From an uncultured Acidobacteriota bacterium (GTDB lineage: Bacteria > Acidobacteriota > Thermoanaerobaculia > UBA5066): a stretch of DNA of 64,000 bases. The translations under genes were made by a program, and so were the position numbers. Below the pieces are notes generated by a model that was given only the letters and a program-made list of their open reading frames with translations, had not been told where the DNA came from and did not search any database. The stretch is from positions 339,880-403,879 of the forward strand of contig CAWCSP010000004.1 of NCBI GenBank assembly GCA_963798215.1, given 5' to 3'. Shown piece by piece: positions 10,190-20,158 of the stretch (position 1 is its first letter; every line of letters starts with the position of its first letter).

Positions 10190-11041
10190 CTACGACGTGA
10201 GCCGGCCGTAGAGGTCGGGCCGCCGGTCCCGGAAGAACCCCCACGAAGCCCGGTCCCGCCGGACCTGCGCGAGGTCGATCGTCGCGACGGCGACACCTTC
10301 CTCGTCGCGGCCGAGCTCCGCGAGCTTTTCGCCGCGCTGGTTCGCGACGAACGACGACCCGTAGAAGACCTGCCCGCCCTCGTTCCCGACGCGGTTCGCT
10401 GCGACGACGGGCGCCACGTTGCACACGGCGTGGCCGAGCATCGCGCGCTGCCAGAGGTCCCGCGTGTCGAGCGCGGGGTTTTCGGGCTCGGACCCGATCG
10501 CGGTGGGGTAGAGGAGGACGTCCGCGCCCGCGAGGAGCATCGCGCGCGCGGCCTCCGGGAACCACTGGTCCCAGCAGATGCCGACGCCGAGGTGGGCGGG
10601 CTTCGCGTCCCACGCCTTGAAGCCGGTGTCGCCGGGGCGGAAGTAGAACTTCTCCTCGTAGCCGGGACCGTCCGGGATGTGGCTCTTGCGGTAGACGCCC
10701 ATCACGGTCCCGTCCGCGTCGATCATCGCGAGGCTGTTGTAGTACGCGTGGCCGGCCTTCTCGAAGAACGAGACGGGAATCGCCGCGCCGAGCTCCTTCG
10801 CGAGCGCCGCGAAGCGCGCGATCGTCGGGTGGCCCTCCGCGGGCCTCGCCCACGCGAAGAAGCGGTCGCTCTCCTCGCGGCAGAAGTACGGCCCCTCGAA
10901 GAGCTCCGGCGGGAGGATCACCGTCGCCCCTTTCCTCGCGGCCGCGCGGACGAGGGACTCGACCTTCGCGACGTTCTCGTCCACGGAGCGAGAGAGCGCG
11001 CACTGGACGGCGGCGAAAGTGACGTTCCGGATTTCCGTCAT
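10190..11041 (-). CDS. aguB: N-carbamoylputrescine amidase
   Basis: Nitrilase triad in [22 protein letters not shown] and [13 protein letters not shown] overlaps the TGA of the repaired aguA. Confidence 0.92.
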   Translation of the reverse strand: MTEIRNVTFAAVQCALSRSVDENVAKVESLVRAAARKGATVILPPELFEGPYFCREESDRFFAWARPAEGHPTIARFAALAKELGAAIPVSFFEKAGHAYYNSLAMIDADGTVMGVYRKSHIPDGPGYEEKFYFRPGDTGFKAWDAKPAHLGVGICWDQWFPEAARAMLLAGADVLLYPTAIGSEPENPALDTRDLWQRAMLGHAVCNVAPVVAANRVGNEGGQVFYGSSFVANQRGEKLAELGRDEEGVAVATIDLAQVRRDRASWGFFRDRRPDLYGRLTS

Positions 11042-12103
11042 GCGGGCACCTGCTGGCTGATGCAGTGGAAGGCCCCGCCGCCCTCGAGGAGCTGCCGGGC
11101 GGGGACGGACACGGCGCGGCGGCCGGGGAAGAGCCGCGCCGATCGCGGCGCGGGCCGGCTCGTCGTTCGGGACGCCGTAGGCGGGAACGACGACGGTCGT
11201 GTTCGCGATGTAGAAGTTCACGTAGCTCGCGGGCATGACCTCGCCGTCCCGGCCCGTCACGAGGCCGGGCGACGGGATCGCCGTGACGTTCAGCCCTCGC
11301 CCCGCCGCGTCGCGCATCTTCGCGAGGTCGCGCGCGATCTGGAGGAGTACCGTGCGGTTCGGGTCCGCCGCGTCGGCGGGGGACATGCACACGACCTCGC
11401 CCGGCGCGGTGAAGCGCGCGATCGTGTCGACGTGCCCGTCCGTGTGGTCGTTCAGGAGGCCGTCGCCGAGCCAGAGGACGGTCGAGACGCCGAGCGCGTC
11501 CTTCACGCCGTTCTCGATCGCGCTCGCGGACATCCCCGCGTTGCGGTTGCGGTTCAGGAGGCACTGCCGCGTCGTGAGGCACGTCCCCTCCCCGTCCACC
11601 TCGACCGAGCCGCCCTCGAGGACCCACGGGAAGCGGTACGCGGGCAGGCCCGAAGCCTCCGCGACGCGCTCCGACACCGCGTCGTCGTGGGGAAGGACGT
11701 ACTTGCCGCCCCAGCCGTTGAATTTGAAGCACGCCGCCGCGCGCTCGTGGCCGGGGCCGGCGAGGAAGACGGGCGCGGTGTCGCGCAGCCAGATGTCGCC
11801 GAACGGGATCACGAAGAAGCGCGCGCCGAGGCCCGCAAGCGCCGTCGCCGCGCCGCGGCCCTTCTCGTCGTCCGGCACGAGGACGTGAAGCCGCTCGCCG
11901 CGCGGCGAGCCGGACAGGTCGCGGTCCGCGATCGCCGCGGCGAACTGCGTGAAGGCGTCGCGGACGCCGGGGAGAGCGTCCTCCCACAGGTCCTCGTGGC
12001 TCGGCCATGCGAGCCATACGGACTCGTGGCGGTCCCATTCGGCGGGCTGGCGGAAGCCGGCCGCGCGGGGCGTCTCCCCCGGCGGCCGCGGCGGCGCGGG
12101 CAT
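11038..12103 (-). CDS. aguA: Agmatine deiminase, with a one-base frameshift near 11134
   Basis: [24 protein letters not shown] and ASYVNFY motifs. The catalytic end [14 protein letters not shown] lies in another frame after GCG-G-CTC. Confidence 0.88.
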
Positions 12104-12122
12104 CGCGCCGGACTATAAAGGA
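12057..12122 (+). repeat. Left copy of 66-bp direct repeat (putative aguA -10 box plus first ~15 codons)
   Basis: CCGGCCGCGCGGGGCGTCTCCCC-C-GGCGGC-CGCGG-CGGCGCGGGCATCGCGCCGGACTATAAAGGA, 61/66 identical to 56509-56574. Confidence 0.92.
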
Positions 12123-12230
12123 CGGCGGTCCATGAGGTCGCAGGCCGGCGTCGCCGCGGCGATGCGGTTCCGCCTTCGTGGCTGCTAGACTGATCGCACC
12201 GCGAAGCAGCCAGCGAAAGCGTTTCGACCC

Positions 12231-14102
12231 ATGACGCCGGAGTTCGACCACTACACGATTTCCCGCGTCCTCGGCGAGGGGGGGATGGGGCTCGTCTACC
12301 TCGCGAGCGACCGGCGGACGGGACTGCCCGTGGCGATCAAGGTCATGTCCGGGCGCGCTCTGGACCCCGAGCTGCGGGCCCGGTTCCTGAAGGAGAACAG
12401 GATCCTCGCGGGTTTGAACCACCGGAACATCGTGCGGTTCTACGAGGTCACGGAGTCCCTCGAGGGCGTTCTCTCGATCGTGATGGAGTACGTCGACGGC
12501 GTCGACTTCCGCGCCTTCGAGGGGCGGCCGTTCCCCGAGCTCCTGCCGCTCATGATCCAGGCGCTCATGGGCCTCGCGTACCTGAGGAGCCAGAACATCC
12601 TTCACCGGGACCTCTCGTCGAACAACATCTTCGTCACGCTCGAGAACAGGACGCGCGTCACGAAGATCCTCGACTTCGGGGTCGCGAAGATCCTGCAGGA
12701 GCAGGCCGCGGACGGCGACGTGAGGACGCGGACGGGTCAGTTCCTCGGCAAGTTCGCGTTCGCGTCGCCGGAGCATTTCTTCCCGTCCGAGATCGACTGG
12801 AGGAGCGACGTCTACTCGCTCGGCGTCATCTTCCACCGTCTCCTGACGGGCAGGCCTCCGATCACCGTGGCGCGCAAGTCGAACTACTTCGACTGGATGA
12901 CGGCCCACCAGAAGGAGAACGCGTTCGAGGTCCTCGCGCCGCCCGACGCCCCGCCCCTGCCGGACGCCCTGCGAAGCGTGGTGAGGCGGATGCTGGCCCG
13001 GAACCGGGAGGACCGCCCCCAGAGCTACGAGGAGATCCTCCACGTCTTCGACCGCATTCAGCGGGGTCTCCCGTCCGATCTCGAGCCGAGTCCCGAAGAG
13101 CTTCGGACGCTTCCCCCGCCTGTCGAGGGGAGGATCGGCTCGTCGGGGAGCGGGAGGAGCGGGCCCACGATCTCGCCGTCGCGGCTGCCGACGCCCGGCG
13201 CCGGCTCCACCCCGTCGGCCCCCGGGGAACTGGAACGTCCCGCGCCCGTCGAGGCCTCCCAGCAGAAGCGCTGGCCCGACCTCGACGCGGCCGAGTCGCA
13301 CACCGAGCGCTTCGTCGCTCCGTCCCCGGCCCCTTTCCCCGGGGTTTCCGCCGTGCCCGCGGTACTCCCCGGCCCGCCATCGTTGCCCCTGGAACCCGAC
13401 GTCGATGCGTCCTGGCCCGGTGGAAATCCGGCGAGGACGGAGCTGCTTCCCCCGCCGGCGCCGCTCGACTCGACGAAGACGGCGACGACCGTGACGTCCG
13501 CGGAAAAGGAGGCGCCCCCGGAGATCCCGATGTGGACGGGAGGCGCGGCGAAGGACTCGCCGCCAGAGCCCGCCCGCCCCGCGCCCCCTCAGCTCGAGGA
13601 GAAGACGGAGCGGCTCGACGACGTGATCGAGAAGCTGAGGCGGCAGGCGCTCGTGGAACCTCTTCCGCCGGTCCCGGTCCGGCCGTCCGCTGAGGCTCCG
13701 CCTCCGCCGCCTCCACCGGAGCCCGTGCGGCGCCCCGAAGCGGAGCCCGCCCTCCCGCGCACCGCCGAACGCGCCCCGGCGCCGCCCGCGAAACCCGCCC
13801 GGCGGCTCGTCGTTTACGGCGCACCTCCGCCGGCGGTCCCGACCCCGCCGCCAGCGGCGCCGCGGGCCGTCGTTCCGGCGGCGCCCGCCCCCGCGCCGGA
13901 CGGGGCCGATCTCCGGGCGCGCCGCGTCGGCATCGCGCTGATCGTCGCGGCCATCGTCGTCCTCTTCGCGGCCGTCCTGTGGGTTCTGATCTCTCTTCTG
14001 CGCGGCCCCGGGGCGGGCGAGTCGCGCTCGAGCCGTGACGCCGGCCCGCCACCGTCCGTCGCCGCGGCGGACCCTGCATCCGTTCATTCCGAATCCGCAT
14101 GA
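12231..14102 (+). CDS. Hanks-type Ser/Thr protein kinase with Pro-rich linker and C-terminal TM (PpkA-like)
   Basis: LGEGGMGLVY, VAIK, HRDLSSNN, DFGVAK, ASPE and DVYSLG motifs; TM VGIALIVAAIVVLFAAVLWVLISLL. Confidence 0.9.
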   Translation: MTPEFDHYTISRVLGEGGMGLVYLASDRRTGLPVAIKVMSGRALDPELRARFLKENRILAGLNHRNIVRFYEVTESLEGVLSIVMEYVDGVDFRAFEGRPFPELLPLMIQALMGLAYLRSQNILHRDLSSNNIFVTLENRTRVTKILDFGVAKILQEQAADGDVRTRTGQFLGKFAFASPEHFFPSEIDWRSDVYSLGVIFHRLLTGRPPITVARKSNYFDWMTAHQKENAFEVLAPPDAPPLPDALRSVVRRMLARNREDRPQSYEEILHVFDRIQRGLPSDLEPSPEELRTLPPPVEGRIGSSGSGRSGPTISPSRLPTPGAGSTPSAPGELERPAPVEASQQKRWPDLDAAESHTERFVAPSPAPFPGVSAVPAVLPGPPSLPLEPDVDASWPGGNPARTELLPPPAPLDSTKTATTVTSAEKEAPPEIPMWTGGAAKDSPPEPARPAPPQLEEKTERLDDVIEKLRRQALVEPLPPVPVRPSAEAPPPPPPPEPVRRPEAEPALPRTAERAPAPPAKPARRLVVYGAPPPAVPTPPPAAPRAVVPAAPAPAPDGADLRARRVGIALIVAAIVVLFAAVLWVLISLLRGPGAGESRSSRDAGPPPSVAAADPASVHSESA

Positions 14103-14112
14103 AGGAGCGGCC

Positions 14113-14751
14113 ATGACCGAGAACCGACCCGGACGTCCAGACGACGTCGACACGACGGCTTCGAGCCCGGCCCCGGAAGGGAAATCCCTGAGAGACATGC
14201 TCTCCAATGCGCGTGCGCAGTCGAAGGGTCAGGGGGTGGTCCAGGGCTCGACGATCTTCTTCAAGAACCTCGCCGAGTCGATCGGGCACTCGAACCGGAA
14301 CCTGAAGATCGGCCTGGCGTTTCTCACGGCCGCGTTCGTCGTCGTCGCGGCCGCGCTGGGCACGCTCGTCTTCCAGGCGTTCCGGAGCCAGGTCGCGACG
14401 AAGACGAGCCTCGAGAAACAGATCCAGTCCATGGACGCCACCACGAGGAAGCAGATCCAGCCGGTCCTCGACGCGGTCGAGGGCCTCGAGAAGAAACTCG
14501 CCGAACAGCAGGAAGGGCAGAGACGCGAGCTCGAGGGAGTCCGCCAGCTTCTCCAGGCCGACATCGACGCGGTCAAGCAGGACGCCGCCGCGGGGCGACG
14601 GGACGCGGCCGAGGTTCGCACGTCACTGAAGGCCGTCGAGAAGTGGGCCGATGGATTCGGGAAGACCTACCTCCAGGACCGCGCCAACCTCGATTCGCGC
14701 CTCAGGCGGCTCGAAGGCGCGCCGCCCGCCCCCGCTCCGGCGACGAAGTGA
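14113..14751 (+). CDS. Single-TM coiled-coil hypothetical protein
   Basis: AAGGAG RBS, one hydrophobic segment, then a long coiled-coil-like region. Its stop overlaps the start of the next kinase. Confidence 0.7.
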   Translation: MTENRPGRPDDVDTTASSPAPEGKSLRDMLSNARAQSKGQGVVQGSTIFFKNLAESIGHSNRNLKIGLAFLTAAFVVVAAALGTLVFQAFRSQVATKTSLEKQIQSMDATTRKQIQPVLDAVEGLEKKLAEQQEGQRRELEGVRQLLQADIDAVKQDAAAGRRDAAEVRTSLKAVEKWADGFGKTYLQDRANLDSRLRRLEGAPPAPAPATK

Positions 14752-15932
14752 CACGGGGACCGGCGGCCGCGCGCTTCGGGCTCGGCCTCGACGACATCGA
14801 AATCGGCGAGATGGTCGGCCGGGGCGGCTCGGGAGAGGTGTTCGCGTCGCGTCACCACAGGACCGGATCCCGGCTGGCGGCGAAGATCTATCCCTTCGAC
14901 CGGATGGACCCCGCCTTCCGCCCGCGTGAACGGTTCCGGCGCGAGTGCCGGATCCTCTCGCGGATGGAGCATCCGGCGTTCCCGGCGCTCTACGGCTGCG
15001 GCGAGGAGGAGGACGGAAGCACCGGCTGGGCGTTGATGGAGTGGATCGAGGGCGTGCCCCTCTCGGCCCATCGCTCCGCGCCTCTCCACGAGATCGTTCG
15101 CCTCGCGCACGGCATTGCCTCGGCGCTCGACGCCCTGCACGTCCAGGGAGTCCTCCACCGCGACATCGCGTTCGACAACGTCCTCGTCGAGTCCCGGCGC
15201 TTCGGCCTCAACCCGAGGCTGATCGACCTCGGCATCGCGAAGGACGTCGCGTCGCACGAGGACCTCACGATGGCGGGCGCATTTCTGGGTCGCGTTCCGT
15301 TCGCGTCGCCGGAGCTTCTCGGCGGCGAGGGGGCCGCCGGCCTCGTCGACCCTCGCAGCGACGTGTTTTCGTTCGGCGTCCTCCTCTACGAGTGGCTCTC
15401 GGGGAACCCGCCGTTTCCCGGCGAGACGCCCGAGCGCGTCCTGAAGGCGCAGAAGAAGCGTGCGGCGCCGAAGTTGGTGCCGAGGGAGGACGCGGGCGAG
15501 GCGGGCGAGGCTCTTTCGGCGTTCGTCGAGAGCCTCCTCGAGACGGGAATCGAGAACAGGCCGACCTCCGACGCCGTCGTCAGGCGGCTGGGAGAGTTCC
15601 GGACGCTCTTCCCGCGCCCGGCTCCCGAGCCCGACGGGGCGCCGGCCTCCGTGTACCGAACGCCGTCCGTCGGTTACGCGCTCCTGCCGAGGCGCTTCGA
15701 CGCCGCTCCGGCGCTGCCCAGGCTGCGGGCGGTCTTCTTCCCGGAAAGCGCGCCCCGCGAAGAGCCGCCGCACGACGGGGCGCGGCCGGCCGCGCGGCCC
15801 GTTCTCCCGGCAACGGGCGATCCGGGCGGGCTCGGCTCGAGGCCCGGATTCGGCGGGATGGTCCTCGCCCTCGGGATCCTCGCGTTCGTGGCGGCGTGCG
15901 CCCTCGCGGCGTTCCTCGTGTTCAGGCGCTGA
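14748..15932 (+). CDS. Ser/Thr protein kinase with C-terminal TM
   Basis: VGRGGSGEVF, LAAK, HRDIAFDN, DLGIAK, ASPE and DVFSFG motifs. GTGA start/stop overlap. Confidence 0.85.
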   Translation: MTRGPAAARFGLGLDDIEIGEMVGRGGSGEVFASRHHRTGSRLAAKIYPFDRMDPAFRPRERFRRECRILSRMEHPAFPALYGCGEEEDGSTGWALMEWIEGVPLSAHRSAPLHEIVRLAHGIASALDALHVQGVLHRDIAFDNVLVESRRFGLNPRLIDLGIAKDVASHEDLTMAGAFLGRVPFASPELLGGEGAAGLVDPRSDVFSFGVLLYEWLSGNPPFPGETPERVLKAQKKRAAPKLVPREDAGEAGEALSAFVESLLETGIENRPTSDAVVRRLGEFRTLFPRPAPEPDGAPASVYRTPSVGYALLPRRFDAAPALPRLRAVFFPESAPREEPPHDGARPAARPVLPATGDPGGLGSRPGFGGMVLALGILAFVAACALAAFLVFRR

Positions 15933-17379
15933 CGCTTGCCGTCGGAACGGGCCGCGGAGCTGGCGCAGCCGGCGCCTTTCCCGTGGGCGCGGACGGAACG
16001 GGCTCGGGAGTCGCCGTGTCGGTCGCGGTGGGCGTCGGGGTCTGCGTCGCCGTCGGTGTTACGGTGGGCGTCGGCGGGTACTCCAGGGGCTGGAGCCCGT
16101 TGAAGGCGGCCGGCGGCCGGAACGACGGCTCCGCGGTCGCGCGCGGAGACTGCGCGACGGAGCGCGGCTTCGCCTGCGCGCGCGCATCTCGCGCCTCGGC
16201 CTCGCGCGCCGAAGCCGACGCGGGCGGTGCGGCGGGGAGCGGGGTCGCGGTCGGCGCCGCCGTCGGTGGGGGAACCGGCGATGGGGCCGGAGCGGCGGCG
16301 GCCGGCACCGGCGGCTCCGGCGCCGGAGAAACGGCGGCCGGCGGTCCCGGCACGGCCGCGGGTCGCCTGAGGTAGAAGCCGACGCCGGTGAGCACGGCGG
16401 CGACGACGAGCGCGGCGCCGCCGATGGCGGCGAGCCGGCCGCCGCGCGAGCGCGGCACGGGCGCCTCCGCTGCAGGTCCGGAAGCCGCGCCCGCGACGAG
16501 CATCCCGTCGTCGCCCGCGGGCGGGGGCGGCGCGCCGACGCCCGCCTGGCCGGTCCGTCCGAGCCCGAGGCGAGCGGGGGTTCCCCGGGAGAGGAGCGCG
16601 ACGGAGACGTTGTCCTTCGAGCCGGCCTCGAACGCGAGGCGGTAGATCTCGGCGGCCGTCTCCTGGAGGCTGCCCGTCGTCTCGATCGCCGTGAGGAAGC
16701 GCTCGGCCTCGAGGACGTCCGTGACGCCGTCCGTCGTCAGGACGACCGCGTCGCCGGGCCCGAGCGTCACGTCGCTGCGGACGTCGGGGACGACCTTCTT
16801 CTCCTGGCCGAGACTCCGCGTGAGGGCGTGCGCGAAAGGATTGCTCGCGTCGTCCTCGGGGGCGACCGAGTCGGAGCCGAGGGCCCGCCGCTGCTCGGCG
16901 AGGGCAGTGTGATCCACCGAGAGCTGCCGGACCTTCAGCCCGGAGACGAGAAAGACCTTGCTGTCGCCGATGTTCGCGACGACGAGGCGGTCGTCCGCGA
17001 GGACCATCGCGAACGCGAGGGTCGCGCCCATTCCCTTTTGCTCGGCGGAGGCCTTCCCGCGCTCGTAGATCTCACGGTTGACCTCGGCGATCCACTCGCG
17101 AATCTCGGCCTCGATCGCCGCCGCCGGCGTTGACGCCGCGTCCGCCCGCCCGGCGAAAGCCTGGATCTTCTCCCTCAGGATCTCCACGGCGAGGCGGGAG
17201 GCGACCTCACCGGCGTTGTGGCCGCCCATGCCGTCGCTCAGCACGGCGAACGCCCGCAGGGCGGAGCCCGGCGGAAGGACCGCGAGGATCGCGGCGTCCT
17301 CGTTCGACTCGCGGCGTCCCTTCTCGGAGAGACCGCCGGCGAGATACCGGGACGGGACCGTGCCCGCGTCGGCGCTCAC
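15922..17379 (-). CDS. PP2C/PPM protein phosphatase with TM and Pro/Thr-rich tail (PppA/Stp1-like)
   Basis: GRRESNEDA, SDGMGGHNAGEVAS, NIGDS, LTRSLG, TDGV and SKDNVS motifs. Confidence 0.9.
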   Translation of the reverse strand: MSADAGTVPSRYLAGGLSEKGRRESNEDAAILAVLPPGSALRAFAVLSDGMGGHNAGEVASRLAVEILREKIQAFAGRADAASTPAAAIEAEIREWIAEVNREIYERGKASAEQKGMGATLAFAMVLADDRLVVANIGDSKVFLVSGLKVRQLSVDHTALAEQRRALGSDSVAPEDDASNPFAHALTRSLGQEKKVVPDVRSDVTLGPGDAVVLTTDGVTDVLEAERFLTAIETTGSLQETAAEIYRLAFEAGSKDNVSVALLSRGTPARLGLGRTGQAGVGAPPPPAGDDGMLVAGAASGPAAEAPVPRSRGGRLAAIGGAALVVAAVLTGVGFYLRRPAAVPGPPAAVSPAPEPPVPAAAAPAPSPVPPPTAAPTATPLPAAPPASASAREAEARDARAQAKPRSVAQSPRATAEPSFRPPAAFNGLQPLEYPPTPTVTPTATQTPTPTATDTATPEPVPSAPTGKAPAAPAPRPVPTASVSA

Positions 17380-17388
17380 AGCGGCCTC

Positions 17389-18258
17389 TCAGTCCTCGCG
17401 ATAGGTCATGACGACACCGCCGATCTCGATGCGGTCGTTGTCCACGAGGCGCCGCGAGGCGTTCTCCTCGATCTCCTCGCCGTTGACGCGGGTCGGGTTG
17501 GTCCGGGCGTAGTTGATGAGGGACCAGGTGCGCCGGTCGAAGACGAGCTTTGCGTGCTTGGCGGAGACGGACTCCGGGAGGAGCTGGATGTGGCGGTACG
17601 GCGGTCCGGGGTCGCGGCCGATCGTCGTCTCGACGCGATCGCCGGGGGCGGTCCGGTAGATCCGGAGCTCGGTCTCCCGGTCGCCCTCGTCGAGGAGGAA
17701 GCGTCCCGGCAGCACGTCCAGCGCGCCGGCCGGAGGCTGGCCGGCGTGGACCAGGTCGCCGTCGGTCCATCCCGCAGGCGCGGGCCCTTCGGGAACAGGC
17801 GGCGGGGACGCGGAGCGCGACGGGACGTTGATCACGACTGGCTTTTTCAGAAGGACCGCGAGCACGACGACGAGCGTCGCGATGAGCACGAGGACGCCGA
17901 TGCCGAGCAGGATCAGGACGCTCGACGGCAGACCTCCCGGCTCGGGGACCGCGGATCGTTCCGCCGCGGGGCGGGCGGGCGCCGCCGCCGGCGCCACCGG
18001 CGCCACCGGCGGCTGAACGGCGGTGGCCTCGGGCGCAGGCGGGGGTGCGGCGAGCGGCGCGACTTGCTGCGGCGCGACCTGCTTCGGCGCGACGGCGGCC
18101 GGCGTGGGAGCCTCGCTCGCCGCAGGCAGCGGAGGCAACGGCGGAAGCGTGGGAATCGGCGTCTGCGCGCCCGCCACGGCCGGCGACAGGAGCAAGGCGG
18201 TGGCAGCCGCGGCGAGGAAGATCCGCTTCGCGAGGTTGCGGCCATTACGCATCGTCAA
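17389..18258 (-). CDS. Membrane-anchored FHA domain protein
   Basis: Signal peptide, Pro/Ala-rich segment, TM, then FHA motifs IGR...SVSAKH...TNPTRVNG...DRIEIG. Confidence 0.82.
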   Translation of the reverse strand: MTMRNGRNLAKRIFLAAAATALLLSPAVAGAQTPIPTLPPLPPLPAASEAPTPAAVAPKQVAPQQVAPLAAPPPAPEATAVQPPVAPVAPAAAPARPAAERSAVPEPGGLPSSVLILLGIGVLVLIATLVVVLAVLLKKPVVINVPSRSASPPPVPEGPAPAGWTDGDLVHAGQPPAGALDVLPGRFLLDEGDRETELRIYRTAPGDRVETTIGRDPGPPYRHIQLLPESVSAKHAKLVFDRRTWSLINYARTNPTRVNGEEIEENASRRLVDNDRIEIGGVVMTYRED

Positions 18259-18316
18259 TTTCCCTCGATCGGTCCGTTCGGTTCGACGAGGATACGCCGG
18301 AGGCGCGCGAGCCGCG

Positions 18317-19135
18317 TCACGCCGTTGGCCGAGGCGGGAGCCGGACCGCCGCGAAGTGCTCCGGGTCCGGGCGCTCCTCCGGGCGCCACGAAAGGCCGAG
18401 CCGGACGAGCTCCCTCGGAACGTCGGCCCCGGCCGACGGCCGGGAAGGCACGGCGAAGGCGGACAGGGCGACGGTCTTGTCGGCGTCCTCCGGTGCCCCG
18501 TCCCCGGCGAGGCGGCCCTCGAGGAGCACGTGGACCTGCGCGGCCAACCGGTAAGCGAGCGCGGCGCGGAGAGAGCGGCCGCGCGCCCCGGTGCGCATCT
18601 CCGGGGCGACGAACGGCGACCCTTCTTCCTCCGCGGCGTCGAGTCCCCGGAGTCCGGACGCGCCGTCGTCGCCGGGCCGCGGCTCGCAGAGGAACTCGTT
18701 CACGCTCAGGTGCCGCGCGTCGAGGCGCGCTCCTTCGCGCAGCCGCTTCAGCTCGTGGAGGGGGATGTGGACGCCGGCGGTGCCGCACTCGAGAGCTGCG
18801 ATCTGCACCTCGGCGAGGGCCGCGATCGTGCCGCGGCGGGTGCGGTGACCGCCGCCGGCCACGGGCTCGGAAGTCTGGAACGCGATGAATGATCGCCCGG
18901 CCACTTCGGTCGACCCGAAGTCGAGGACCCGGGGGAGCAGCGGATGGTCGAAGCGGGCCGTCGCGGCGTAGATCGCGTCCACCGCGGCCGCCGCAGAGCG
19001 CGACGCCGGGTCGAAGCCGTCGACGCGGATCCACGCGGCGACTTCGTCCGTCTCGCGCACCGCGCGGTAGCGGAAGGGCAAACCGGTCTGCTCGGGCCCG
19101 TCGAGCAGCCGGTATCCCGGAATCCACGAGGGCAT
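18317..19135 (-). CDS. Degenerate protein-kinase-like protein (putative pseudokinase)
   Basis: IPGYRLL, ARFDHPLLPRVLDFG, FVAPE and LSWRPEERP echo Hanks subdomains, but there is no Gly loop, VAIK or HRD. Confidence 0.55.
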   Translation of the reverse strand: MPSWIPGYRLLDGPEQTGLPFRYRAVRETDEVAAWIRVDGFDPASRSAAAAVDAIYAATARFDHPLLPRVLDFGSTEVAGRSFIAFQTSEPVAGGGHRTRRGTIAALAEVQIAALECGTAGVHIPLHELKRLREGARLDARHLSVNEFLCEPRPGDDGASGLRGLDAAEEEGSPFVAPEMRTGARGRSLRAALAYRLAAQVHVLLEGRLAGDGAPEDADKTVALSAFAVPSRPSAGADVPRELVRLGLSWRPEERPDPEHFAAVRLPPRPTA

Positions 19136-19237
19136 CGTGCCGGAATCTTAGGCCGGACCGCCGAACGGCCGGACCCTGGGGATTTTCCTTGCTTCCGGCG
19201 GGTGCGGGCGGTACATGTGCGGGCAAAGGGGCGATTC

Positions 19238-19984
19238 ATGGAGCAGGCGCGCGTCCGGGTCGGGCTGAAGGTCTGGGACGACCAGGTCGAGATGGATCTG
19301 ACGCTCCCGTCGGGTCCGGCCCGGCTCGATTCGCTCCTGCCCGTCTTCCAGAGGGTCGCGGACGGGTTCGTCGATCTCGCCGTGGAGCGCGCCCGCGCGG
19401 AGGGACGAACCGTCTCCTGCCGGAAGGGGTGCGGCGCGTGCTGCCGTCAGCTCGTCCCGATCTCCGAGGTCGAGGCGCGGCGCATCGGCCGGCTCGTGGA
19501 AGAGCTCCCCGAGCCACGACGGCGGGAGGTGAGGGAGCGCTTCGCGCGGGCCCGCGAGCGCCTCGCCGCGGCGGGCCTCCTCGCGAAGCTCGAGGACCGG
19601 GAGAGCTTCGCGGACGGTGACTCTCTCTCGTTCGGGCGCGCGTATTTTCAACTTGGGATCCCGTGTCCGTTTCTGGAGGACGAGAGCTGCTCCGTCCATG
19701 CCGACCGGCCGATCGCCTGCCGTGAATACCTCGTCACGTCGCCGGCGGCCAACTGCGCGGATCCGAAGCCCGGGATCATCGACATGGTGGAGCTGCCCGG
19801 CAAGGTCTGGACGGCCCTGGCGCGAGCGGATGCGGCTGGCCGGGCGTCGCGCTTCATCGCGTGGGTGCCGCTCGTTCTGGCCCCCGACTGGGCGTCGACG
19901 CATCCCGACGAGTCCGAACCCCGTCCCGTCGAGGACGTCTTCCGCAGCGTCCTGAGTCACTTCGCCGGACGCGGGGGCGCCTGA
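19238..19984 (+). CDS. YkgJ-family (CxxxCxxCC) cysteine-cluster protein
   Basis: CRKGCGACC, CPFL...CSVH..RPIACR motifs. Confidence 0.85.
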   Translation: MEQARVRVGLKVWDDQVEMDLTLPSGPARLDSLLPVFQRVADGFVDLAVERARAEGRTVSCRKGCGACCRQLVPISEVEARRIGRLVEELPEPRRREVRERFARARERLAAAGLLAKLEDRESFADGDSLSFGRAYFQLGIPCPFLEDESCSVHADRPIACREYLVTSPAANCADPKPGIIDMVELPGKVWTALARADAAGRASRFIAWVPLVLAPDWASTHPDESEPRPVEDVFRSVLSHFAGRGGA

Positions 19985-20158
19985 GGGTGCGGCCCGGCCG
20001 GGGGGCCGGAAGCCGATGGATTACAATTCGACAGTTCAAGTCGGATTTGAGCGCTCCGTCGCACCGCCTCGGCGGGCCGGAGGTCTCGAAGGAGCAGGCA
20101 TCTGGCTCGGAAACGTGAAACCGGGTCGGCCCCGAAAGAGGACCGGAAAACTCCGACG

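Noticed and set aside
10190-12103. Novel bifunctional AguA-AguB enzyme
   Set aside because: The fusion frame loses the deiminase catalytic Cys motif, and the separate-gene layout with ATGA overlap is restored by removing one base.
9699-14207. 1502-aa minus-strand ORF
   Set aside because: Only the last ~154 aa (AhpD-like) are real. The rest is Arg/Gly-rich off-frame or antisense translation of aguAB and the kinase.
15960-18130. Short tandem repeats (PT/PA and VAPxQ units)
   Set aside because: Low-complexity protein linkers, not a repeat-spacer array.
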